Source: Priapulus caudatus (taxonomy: Eukaryota). From it: a DNA stretch of 47,687 bases. This document shows, in pieces, positions 35,905 to 47,687 of the stretch. The notes under the pieces are model-generated. The model was not told the DNA's origin and made no database searches. It saw only the letters and a program-made list of their open reading frames with translations. The translations under genes and the position numbers were made by a program. The first letter of the stretch is position 1. Each line of letters begins with the position of its first letter. Location: NCBI RefSeq assembly GCF_000485595.1, contig NW_014577061.1, forward strand, positions 1,295,801 through 1,343,487. Direction: 5' to 3'.

Positions 35905-38538
35905 TGGTGTTTTGTGTTTGCGTTTTGCGTGCCGTGTGTGTGTGCGTGTTGTGTTGTTTGTGTGTGTGTTGTGTGTGTGTGGTGTGTGATGTGTGTGTGT
36001 GTCGCGTGTTTGTGGTGTGTGATACCGCGTGTAAGTTCCCTGTTTAGGCGTCTTAACTTATTTGAAATGGTTTTACTTACTGGGATATGACCTATATGAT
36101 CCTTCTTGGACATATTGTTCGCGCCGAGTCCTATTGAAGATTATTCCAGCTTCCAACTACAAGGTTATTTCTCCCGCATATTCCCTGGAGCTCTGAGCTA
36201 GTGACCCACGGTCATCTAGTATAACATCACATCCCGTCAGACTAGCTATTCGGATCTAACGTTCCGACTTTCCGCTAACGACGTACCTTCTATCAATTCA
36301 CACCAAAGCGCCCGCCTCCTCTCGCGACACGTCCGTGGTGCTCCAGCATACAAATAACATATTACCTGAAAGTCTATGTAAAAGTATCTTAGAAGTTAAG
36401 ACATTTACAACACACCATCGCATGGTTAGCCGCGGCTTACATTCCGTACCTTGCTCTTCTTCTTCTTCTTCCTCCTTCTCCTCCTCTCTATGCTAACACG
36501 ATGTACCGTATAGTACCAACGCTACGCTAAAAGATTCGCACTTCTTCTTGTACATTCTTACGTTGAAAGCTGTACTGATCATCTGCGTGCGAGCGGGCCC
36601 CTGTGAGAACGACAAGTGCGTGCGGAAAAAGGCAAGTTCTGCGATACTCATCACCTAACGCGTACATGTGAAGTGCAACCGCGCGAAGGCACAGCTCTGC
36701 CGCCGGAGAGGCAACCGTGCGGAATAGCGCTTGAGTGAAGTTTGGCAATGCAAACCGGGTCGTCGAAGCACGGGAACCGTCGGTAAGATTCCACGATCTA
36801 TCCATCTGTCTTGAATGTTCTAAATGATTTGGATACAACTGATACAAATTAATATTCACTTAATGGTATAGATCAATATTACCGAATCTGAGTCTACGGA
36901 AGTAACTAGTTACGCGATTAACCTAATTTAGTACTTGATCAGTACTGCCATCGCTTGCGAGGGAGGCGACGTTTTGAGCCGTTTTCAGTCTTGCCGTGTT
37001 ACTAAACACCCGCACTGGTGTGTATTTTCTGTTGGCATATCTTGCGAGTTGTTTATTTCGTTATATACATCAGTTCGGTTGTAGTCAAAGATCCCCGTAA
37101 GTGTTAAAGCCTGCAGAAACATGTCAGCTGGATTCAGTAACACACCGAGTATTTTGACAAGTCGCAGCTCTAAGATGAGCTGCAATTTAAGCTAAACCGG
37201 CCGGACGAGGTGTGCAGCGAAGTGCTCAGCGCAAGCGCTGTGCATCCGGCGCGTGGCTCCGACAGTGCGACCTCTCCATGTCAGTGTTTACGTACCCGCC
37301 GAGGTTACGATCACTGAATGGCGCGTAAATTGCGCCGAATGCCGTGTTGTACAACTCGCCCAGCCCCCTTAACAAACAGGCATTGTTCTCGCGACAAAAC
37401 GTAGACGCTCGCTACCTGTTACGGCGTGCCGGCCAGACAACGGCGAGCTGGGCCAGCCACTTGAACTCGCGCCTCGCGCAAAATAAAGCGGGCAAAGCAA
37501 CAGTGATGGAGTCCTGCGCAGCGGCGGGCGCTAACTGTAGCGGCAGAGCTCATGTCGTCGGACGTCTGTCGTCTCTCTTACGGCGCGGACGTCGGCTACC
37601 CGCGCAAATCAGCGCGCCCGAAGACAGACGCAGCGTTGTCCGATATATGGATGCGTTTGAAAGGATGCGACACGAATCAATTTCTGTCGGTTTAGTCGAG
37701 GCACACAATACACACGCAACAGCACGCGCGCGCGCGCGCAAGCGCACACCAGCGTCACACCACAACGAGCACACACACACACAGTCAACACGCACACACA
37801 CACACAGACAGACACACACACACCACACACACACACAACACACACCACTCCACACAACAGTACACACACACACACACACGTAAGCACACACACACTACAC
37901 ACAAACTCACATGCGAATCACACACATCACAAACACCACAACACACACACACACACACATCACACACGTACACACACACACGTAAACACACACACGTAAC
38001 ACACACACCACGTACACACCCACACGTACACACGCGCGGCGACGCGCGCGCAGCGGCACACACACACACACACAGCACACACACACACACAATCGCCTTT
38101 GTAGCTTGTTCCGTGGTATTTAAAATCGTTTGTTTTGGCCGTGAACGCGCTGAACGCATCGCCACTGAGGTGCCGTCACAGACAACTCCGTACAGTTGAT
38201 CCGACCGTGTAAATCCTGCACCCGCATATACGTCCGTTGCCATTACGGTGCCTGCGGTGCAAAACCCGACAAGGACTGCCGCAATAGTCAGTGACGGCGC
38301 GAAGCAGCATGGAGAGTTTGTGTGCAAGGCGAAGCTGCACAGATCGGTAACAAGTGCTTCGTGCCGACGGTGGCGATAGATTTTACCTATACCTCAACAG
38401 CTGTCCATCGCCATCGGGGTCTCATATGCCGATACACCCGCCACAACGAACGTCTACGAGAGGTAAGCTATAAATATATAATAATATATCAAGACATATG
38501 TCTGTTGTAAAATTCATAATGCATGCTATACAAGTGTG
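34451..38538 (+). repeat. Inverted, indel-riddled copy of about 28089-31657 (frameshifted Dkk3-like exons 1-3); probable raw-read artefact
   Basis: Colinear reverse complement with 1-2 nt indels throughout; ends at N gap 38539-38548. Confidence 0.9.
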
Positions 38539-38849
38539 NNNNNNNNNNCAGCAACGTTATGCTTGGTCGCCGTGCGTGCGGTTGCGATGTGGCTATTCCT
38601 GCGAGCTTCGAACACAATATTGTTAAACGGCATTATTTTACTTAACTGCTTGACCTCAATTTACTCTCTAATTAAGCACACTGCACGATGTGTGCGGATT
38701 ATAAATAATCATTGTTTCACACGAAACCACTCATCTACATTGAAAGTATTTTACACTCGCTTTAACTTACATAATAATATCATAAATATATTGATAACTC
38801 ATTCGGTGATTTGTATTCATTTATAAGTTGATTCGACGTCTCTTTCTCT

Positions 38850-41800
38850 CTCTCTCTCTCTCTCGCCTCTCTTTTCTTATAATTATATATATATATATTA
38901 TATATATTATATTATTATATATATATTATATATAATAAAGTCACACACGAACACCCTGTGATAAAAACAATCAATGTATAGGAATATAGGTTTTAAAGTA
39001 TTTAGCCGTCAATTAAACTTTAAACCCCTTTTCTATACCTTGACTTTGTTTATATATATATATAGGTATATATTATTATTAGAGAGAGAAAAGAGATAGA
39101 GAAGAAGACGAGATAGATAATAATAGATGATAGATAGATAGATAGAGAGATAGATTATAATAGATAAAGAGTAGGTAGATAGATAGATAGTTAGGTAGTA
39201 GTAGATAATCGATATAGATAAATTGATGATAGATACATACATATCATACATAAGCATTTACACATTAATACATACATACTACATACATACATAATAATAC
39301 ATACTACAACATACATAAATACATAATAATACATAATAATACATACATAGCCATACATAATTACTACATACATACTACATATACATACATACATACATAC
39401 ATACATACTAATAATACATAATATATACATTACATACATTCATACTACATTACATACACTACATACCATACATAATATCTACATACATCCATACATACAT
39501 ACATACTACATACATCATACATAATTATCATACATAAACAATACATACACTATATAATACATCACACCCACCACACACACCACACACACCACACACCCAC
39601 ACACCAACCACACACACCATACCATACATACATACATACTAACATACATACATTACTAACATACATTACATACATACATACATACCATTCATACATACTA
39701 ACATACATCCATAATACATTACATGAAAAGTAGATTAGATAGAGTTAGATAAGATAGATTAGATAGATAGTAGATAGCATAGATGTAAATAGATAGATAG
39801 ATAGATAAAATAGAAAATAGCTGAGATAGATAGATAGATGATAGATCGATTAACAATAGATATTACATAGAAGAATATACTATATAATCATAATAAAATA
39901 ATAGATAGATATTAGCATAGAAGTAGATAGATAGATAGATAGATAGATAGTATAATATGAATAGATAGATAGATAGATAGCATAAAATAGATAGCATACC
40001 ATAGATATACATATATATATAGAGCTAGTAGAATTAGCATAGATAGATAAGAATGAAATACATGATAGATAGATGATAGATTATGATAGATAGATAGATA
40101 GGATAGATAGATAATAGATAGAGATAGATAGTAGAATTATATAGAAGATTATGTATATATTTATATATAGATAATAGATAGATAGATATATAGAAGATAG
40201 ATAGATATATAGATGAAGATGATAGATGATAGATAGATAGATGATAATAGATAGATAGATAAATTAGTAGATAGATAAGCATTACATATATATATTATAT
40301 ACTATATATTATCATATATATGTATATATATATATAGTAGATAGGATAGATAAAGCTACGCGAGGAGAGGATTTAGCGGTTAGTGTCGCTCTAGCTAGTA
40401 TCTAGCTGCGCTGGTGTCATTATCTAACAAAGCAATTACGGATGCGAATCATTATCCGAATGGGACTATATGCAACTTTTAAATTGTTTAAGACGTCGCG
40501 CTACTCCTCTGAACGACGAATATTGTTGACAAAAATACATAGTTGCTGCCAACCTTTACGCGGAAAGCTTGCGGATAGATCCTTGTCAAGTAGTACATAC
40601 CAGAACTCGCCGTGAACGTAAAACTAGAGTTCGCAGCGCGAATCATACCTTCTTACCGTGGCTACTCATAAGACCGCACCAAAAAATAAGAAATCCAAAA
40701 ACGGAGGTACACAAGATACGACGAACCACAGCTACCAGACCAAAACACAAAGACGCGCAACGCCGCCGACCATGAAACCAACCGCATTAGGGTGCGTAAA
40801 AAAGCCTGTCATTACGCGCAGGTAAGTGTACTACACATGTGCGCGAACGGCAGCAGCTCTGTTAAGGCGTGTGAAAACGCCTCCGCGGCTCAAGAGTACC
40901 TCCGCACGACCGACCAGATGTGAGATTGTGAATCGAAATCAAACGAATATATGTCCATCGCCGTCGACGTTGACTTACCGCGAGCGCCGTAGCTCTCTCG
41001 CCTCGCGAGGCGAGGGGCGACCCGAACGCCGATGCTATCACGGGTCGGGGATCAGTCTACCGCTCACGCAATTGCGCCGATTGTCGCACTTATCGCGGTT
41101 AGGCACATGGAGGAGCGTGGCGACGGCGGACAAAACGACGAGCGGTCATGGGCGAAAACCCCATATGTTCTGAGCCCGTGCGAGTCCTGACACCATCTTC
41201 TCCTCCCTGTTTATCTTCAAATTTGGCGCAGGCCGACCGGCCGGCGGCAGAATAGGCAGCAGCGCGTAGACAAACTGCAGGGTCCAGTCTTGCGGGCGAG
41301 AGCGAGAGCATCGCGAAGTTCCCCTCCCCATCGAATGTTCCCAAACACTCTTAACGATTTGTTAACACCTGTATGTGCGGCCGCATGAATCAGCCCGGCG
41401 GAGTCAAGCGAAGGTCGAGTGCGTTGCGTGGCTAATGACAACCGTGACTTTCGTCTCGGTATACGCAGCGATAGCCGCTTGCTGTCTCGCAGCGTCTGGC
41501 TTTTCTCTCTCGATCTCGATCACATCGAATCCATTCGCACCGTTTACCCACTAGCCTCGATTTTCGTCGTCTATCTCCGCGTCGCACAAGCACGTTCAGT
41601 GTGGATGTACATCAGCACGGAACTATCGAAGCTACCTCGTGCAGTATTGTGGAAGAGTGTCATGCTCGTTGCCTGGTTGGCTCAGTGACGTCGGACGCGA
41701 GCGTATTCTGGCACTGGGCGTGGACAATCCTGGCGTTGTCGCAGCGGCAGCCGCCCGAGTCGAACGTCATCCGAGGATCACTCACTCGAGCCGACACGGC

Positions 41801-41989
41801 CGCAACCGAAACCACGAAAACTCCAGCTCCAGGCTCAGCCTACCAGGCACGTTAAAAAACGCGTGTATGATGTGAGTGTGTTGGTGTGTGGTGTGTGTGT
41901 GTCGTGTGTGTGTGTTGTGTGTCGGTGTTTGTGTGAGACCATGTTGTGCGTGTGTGGTGTGTTGTAGTGTGTGTGTTGTGTTGTGAAGT

Positions 41990-41990
<1 letters not shown>
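38850..41990 (+). repeat. Second error-ridden copy of about 32854-35990 (microsatellite block + inverted Dkk3-like upstream region and exon 1)
   Basis: Same landmark order (AAACTTTAAACCCCTT, AGAT/ACAT/CA arrays, GTCGCTCTAGCTA, exon-1 remnant near 41646-41846) with errors that differ from the first copy. Confidence 0.9.
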
Positions 41991-42034
<44 letters not shown>

Positions 42035-43992
42035 GTCCATTCCAGTCGCAATCAAACTTATAAATGAATACCAAATCACCGAATGAGTTATCAATATGAT
42101 TTATGATATTATCTATGGTAGTAACGAGTGTAAAATAACTTTCAATGAGATGAGTGGTTTCGTGTGAAACAATGATTTATTTATAATCCGCACACATCCG
42201 TCAGTCAGTGTTAATTAGAGAGTACAATTTGAGCAAGCAGTTGAAGTAAAATAATGCCTTTAACATATTGTGTTCCGAAGCCGCACGAAATACCACCATC
42301 GCAACCACGCCACGCGACCAAGCATAACAGTTCGCTGACTCTCGCTTCCGAGGAATGCTCGTATACACAAAACGTACGTATGCATCTAGAGATACAAGCA
42401 CGCACCTGAACTTTACTGCGAATACTTTGCAATGCGTATACGCGTTATTCCAGTTGAGCTGTTCCATATTTTCTGAACAACAAACAATCTCTGTTTATTT
42501 AACGAAACATTGTACACAGTATAGTCCAATCCGTTGTTATTTACAAATATGTGTCACCCGCGATAGCCTATGATTATTTATACAGTCAATTATAGGACTC
42601 GTGTGACAGTATGGACAACATCGAGTGTAGGTTACGGTCATCGATCATACAAGAGCTCCTGATGATTCACCTGTTGTATATGTGTACATATATATATGGA
42701 TATAGTTAAGTATATATTCCCCTGTTTCCATTGAGACGCTTGTTAATCAGACCACCAGCGCCTTCTGACGGGATAGTAGAACGCACCAACTTTTGTAAAA
42801 ACCTGTCGGCAGATATGCTAACAAGTAGAATAATTACAGCAAGCCCCTCCTCATCCTCCCCATCATCCTCCTTAGGAGGAAGAAAGGTATCTCCCATTTA
42901 TCTGCACACCTCTTGCCATGTGACGACAAACCTCTAGTCAAACAAGCTACCAGGCAGCGTAACACATAGCAGCCGAGGGCTGGCTGCAACGTATCAAGTG
43001 ACACCTGTAAAGAGGTAGACGACCACGTGATCGAAGTAGGCCTACACGTCTGTCGCCATGATGCAAATTACGCATGGCAACGTTACGTGAATGCTTATCA
43101 TCACTCGTCTATAATAAGGAATGACGCACGGTGATCTTATTATCTCATCATGGCGACACAAACGATGTCTGCGCAGACGACACAGCGGACATGAGTGCTG
43201 AGCCTGAGCGTAGTCAGTGGCGCCATCCGTCTGTCGTGCGAGAAAACACAGGTCGTACTCATAAATATAGATATATGTCCCGTATACGATTCATATTTGA
43301 TACAGATGGTTTAGTTAGCGATGACGTTAATCAATACGCATTAAATACTTATAAAATAACAAGGGGTTAGCTGTCCCAAGAGCAACGCCTAGTATATAAC
43401 AAACACCCCTGGATCCACCCCTTACCTTACGCAAGTTATAGTAGTGTATACTCACATTGCAGGTTTGTATGGAAATATGAAATACAAGTTGCGCGATGGG
43501 AACTTATAAGCGGAATCAGAGAAATTGTAAGTCGTCTTATTTACATCACGCTTTAAGTTTACAAAGATGTGACACAAAAACTAGCTCCAAGTACACGAAT
43601 GAATTCGTACATGTATAGAAAAGATATGTGTGTTATTAGAAATCGCTGTTCTACTTATATCTATTATTAGACCGTTAGTTTCTCCGTTGATGTAATGGAT
43701 ATTACAATATGTATAGAATAATGCTACAATCAACCTATATATGTTTCACAGGCTGTCAGAGTAAATCAATTCGGCACAATTGAGTGCAGTCTCTAGCATA
43801 GTAATCTATCAGGACGGTGACTGATTACGCTAACTGTGTCGCTAGAGTAACCATTGATTGTGTAAAAGCTCACATCCCGTTCTGACGCCCGCAGTGCTGC
43901 AAGCTCGTTTCACAGCAGTCACTATATCTCACCAAGCTTAAATTGGGAACATCTAAATGTCTCAAGTGTACGATATATATATATATATAGGC

Positions 43993-44028
<36 letters not shown>

Positions 44029-45265
44029 TGGCAACACTAACCGCCGGCATTACTATGTATTATTCCGAGGATGCTGCAAGCACGCGCATGATTCGCAATT
44101 TACAATTTTTCAATTTTGATTGCGATTGCGATTTGCAACGCGGCGATCCGCCATGTATTTACGCCTTCGGAGGACACATTACGCTCATTTTGATTTAGGA
44201 ATGGCAACTAAGGTCTCAGTTTCGTAAACTGGTCGTTGAACAACAACGTCGATGTCAAACTTCTCGTGGTTGATTCACTAACGAACCTAACCGACGAGGT
44301 GTTATAGAGCGGACGCGACGAGCGGGAATGCCCGCGGTATAATAGTGATAATAGTAACATTTACGCGCTCATCACACGCTGGCTTACCTCTACCCGTGAA
44401 GCCGATTGCACCTCCACAGGGCTATAGTAAAACGCTACGTGGAAAACCAGTGACGAATCTTAGCTAACTAGCGTCGCCGTAATGTAAATTTTAATATGAC
44501 CGCGTCTGTTCGTCATATGGTTGTTTGCGTTCTATAAACGGCCAAATTTGGCGAAATTAAGGTAAGTGGAGTTGGAATTTTGAGTGGTAGGCTAAAGCCA
44601 ATGTGTTTATATTGGAGACTGGAATGATTTTTTTTATTGTACTACGGACTACAGCGTAACCGGTCATGCTGCAAAGATTCATCACTGATTTTCCGCATAT
44701 TCTTTCGTATAGCTCTGTGGCGAAGCGAATGACTACACGGGGAGAGCTAACGCGGGCTAATCTTGCGCCCACATTCTCTGATACAGTCGACTATTGAAAC
44801 CGTTTTCAGCAAACAGCTTCAGCAGCTTCTACATTATCCTCCCTACGTGACATGACTTTATCATGCCAGTACACGTCAATGGCAAGCTACATGTTCATTA
44901 AAACAAAATAATTACACATATATATCTATATATCTATATATAATGTAATATATAGGAAGAGAGCACGTAAGGGAAATTCGCTGGTGATTTGATTAGCAAT
45001 TGGGGCAAACCTTTTATCTAGTCGTTTCGAAGTCGTTCGAGCACTTACATATATAAATATAAAACCTAATCATAACGTAGCGAGCGGAGGGTTTACAGCC
45101 TCAGTAAAAGTTAACCAGACGTCACGCCCGTGACACGGTTACGGTTTACGAACACGACTCTCTCTGTCTCTCACGCTTCTTCGCTTTTCACTCATTCACT
45201 CACTCTCTCTTTCTCGCTCACACTCTCACACTCACACACACACACACACACAATCGCACGCACTC

Positions 45266-45337
<72 letters not shown>

Positions 45338-45457
45338 ATACATTTCTTTACTCTATATCTCTCTCACTCTCCCCCTTCCACGCACCATCTCTCCCTTCCC
45401 CTTTCTCTATCTCTCGCTTCATCACCCTGCTCACTGTACAAGCCGAAACAGTGAGCT

Positions 45458-45852
45458 TTAAAAGTCGGCTTGGATGTCCGATTTAGGATGGTGATGTCCG
45501 TTTTCTTTCTTGCTAGATCTCTGCAGCGTACCGCTGGCGCTGCTGGTGCCGCCACTGGCGCCATTGCTCCTGCCGACGACCTCTCCGTTCATGATCAGAT
45601 GGTGAGCCCTGTTCGGACTGCCGAAATTGCGGGGCAGAGTGCCAAGCTGCGACTCCAAGTCGCGCCTATCGTTGTGGTGCCAGGTCTCTGAGTCGTCGCG
45701 CATGCGCTCTGACATCTTCGACCTGAGCGTGTCCATGCCGTTGAGGTCGAACACCTGGTGGCCGTTTCCGCGTCGCTTCACCTCGGCCGACGAGTGCGGT
45801 CGGGCGCTAAAGTGTCCGCTCGGCTCGTCCATGTCGTAGTGTTCGGCAGGCT
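45458..45852 (-). CDS. Probable terminal coding exon of an unidentified gene (low-complexity C-terminal tail)
   Basis: TTTTGCAG acceptor, about 130 GC-rich open codons (EPAEHYDMDEPSGH...LGTLPRNF...KSDIQADF*), coding-like composition; upstream exons not found in the window. Confidence 0.65.
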
Positions 45853-46234
45853 CTGCAAAACAAACGTTCTGCGTCGTATATCGAGGATGTGGTGGTGGGA
45901 AGGTGGGTGGGTGCGTGAGGGTGGGGGTGTAGTTGGTTTACACCGACATATAGTGTCGTGTTGCCTACATATAGGCTCCCTGTGAAGGTTTGTTCCTGTA
46001 AATATACGCGACCTCATAAACATATATGTTTGCGATACATTGAACCTGCTTCTGCATGCAGACTCTTTGCATAGAGAGGTTCGTCTACGTATAGGCGTCA
46101 TATTAAACGTATATAACGTATTAAACGTATTAAACGTATACTCGCTCTACATTTAGCCTGCCTCAGTAACACGCCCTGCATAGTTTCCCAAGCCCCCTGC
46201 ATATGCATTCGAATAATGGCGATAATTCGAATGG

Positions 46235-46273
<39 letters not shown>

Positions 46274-47565
46274 CATTTGCTGAATTTGGAAGGATTTTTT
46301 TTTGATTATCCGATGGTTGTCAGCATCACTAGCACCGCTACGGTGTATGCTTGCAGCGCATTCTACTCGCCGAGTTATAGTTTCATTAAAGAAGAAAAAA
46401 CTCTGGAAAAAAAAGAATTTCATCGTTAGGTTTGCATCGTTAGGTTTTCGCTATTATGAGATTGTCGATGACGTGTAAGTCTGTGCCCCTTAATCAGAAG
46501 AGCAGTTGAAGAAAAAAAATTGGCAGGAACCATAATTTCGGACACAATAGCTCACAGCAGAGAGTCCGCCGACACAGACCAAGGACACGAAAGAACAGAA
46601 CGCGGCCATTCATCCAGTACAAATACACGTACCATACACACAAGCAAGCACGTATGCTAGCTAGCTTGCTTGCATGCACGCACGCACACACAGGAACGCA
46701 CACACGCAAACAAGTACGCAATCGCACAAACAAGAACGCACATTCACACACAAAAACCCACGCACGCACGATAAATTTATTCTGACCATGGAACTTTCAA
46801 TGAAGAAGTTTGTCGCAGTGGAGATAAACATATATAGTCTAGATGTGTATACGTGATGACGTGTTGGCCTTTATTTGTGTGCATTCATCTCGCTTGTAAG
46901 ATATAAGCGAAAGGTTGATGCACCTGTAATTATCAACTGAGTTTAATTATAGACCTTCGAGTTGTGCCGGCGGGTAAAATGATAATGAACGTTTCAATAA
47001 CGAATTTCAAGTGGCATTGAACGGTTCACTTCTCCGTTTTCCTTGACTTAAATCATTGGTTTTATTCCTGTTTCTGTAGCCGATGGAGCCAGAAAAAAAC
47101 ATCGAAGGGGCCCGACACACACACACAGAGACCGCGCAACCATTAGATATTATCAGGAGTGAATAATGATAGATTATTATTATTATCTATTATTATTCAC
47201 TCCTGATCTTATCTGTATATAAGTGCGACTTAAAAAAACCAGCGTATTCATGAAACCTTTACTTATCATTCTTAAATAGCAGACTTAATGGATTAAGATG
47301 GATAGGAACGGTAACAATTCGCCAACGTCAATCGAGATATGAATACTAAACTCTGAGAATGAAATGGAGCATGACCACTTGCTGTTACAAAGACAGGAAA
47401 ATCACGCTCGCCCAACAATCGATTTATTCATTAACGAATGCATGAATCTGGAACACTACGAATTGTTGGGATACCTCAACATTATCTTACATGACACTCC
47501 CAGGGGTTGTAATTGCTGCAGAATCGCTAGAAGCAACATCTGTAATCTGTTTCACGCCGCCAATG

Positions 47566-47566
<1 letters not shown>

Positions 47567-47642
<76 letters not shown>

Positions 47643-47687
47643 GTGTGTGTGTGGTGTGTGTGTGTGTGGTCGTGTCGTGGTGTGTGG
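47567..47687. repeat. (TG)n microsatellite
   Basis: Direct reading; other (CA)/(TG) tracts at 1-98, 3624-3678, 28514-28630, 30246-30340. Confidence 0.95.

Noticed and set aside
34451..41990. Tandem Dkk paralog or pseudogene cluster
   Set aside because: Uniform indel noise, independent errors between copies and gap-adjacent junctions fit raw reads better than evolutionary decay
42706..43004. Minus-strand acceptor-like site and short acidic ORF
   Set aside because: No frame yields a convincing protein or links to other exons

Overview
Eukaryotic, intron-rich, microsatellite-rich animal DNA. It is probably from a non-arthropod, non-nematode invertebrate (inferred from CYP51, a Dickkopf-like gene and TTAGGG repeats). 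Splicing by eye gives five coding loci: (1) the first three exons of CBF-beta (Runx partner, minus strand), whose remaining exons probably lie in an assembly gap; (2) a complete 10-exon sterol 14-alpha-demethylase CYP51 (plus strand, 494 aa), head-to-head with CBF-beta; (3) a complete 4-exon secreted Dickkopf-3-like gene (minus strand, 216 aa); (4) a candidate first exon with an MLKL/RPW8-like helical pattern; (5) a terminal exon of an unidentified gene. Intergenic and intronic space holds many non-autonomous DNA transposons, including nested elements with 9-bp target-site duplications (TSDs), some carrying TTAGGG cores. About 10 kb (31658-41990) consists of one direct and two error-ridden inverted copies of parts of the Dkk-like locus, most likely a long-read gap-filling or haplotype artefact rather than a gene cluster. 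The best candidates for new biology are the MLKL-like exon and the divergent Dkk3-like protein; neither can be confirmed without searches.
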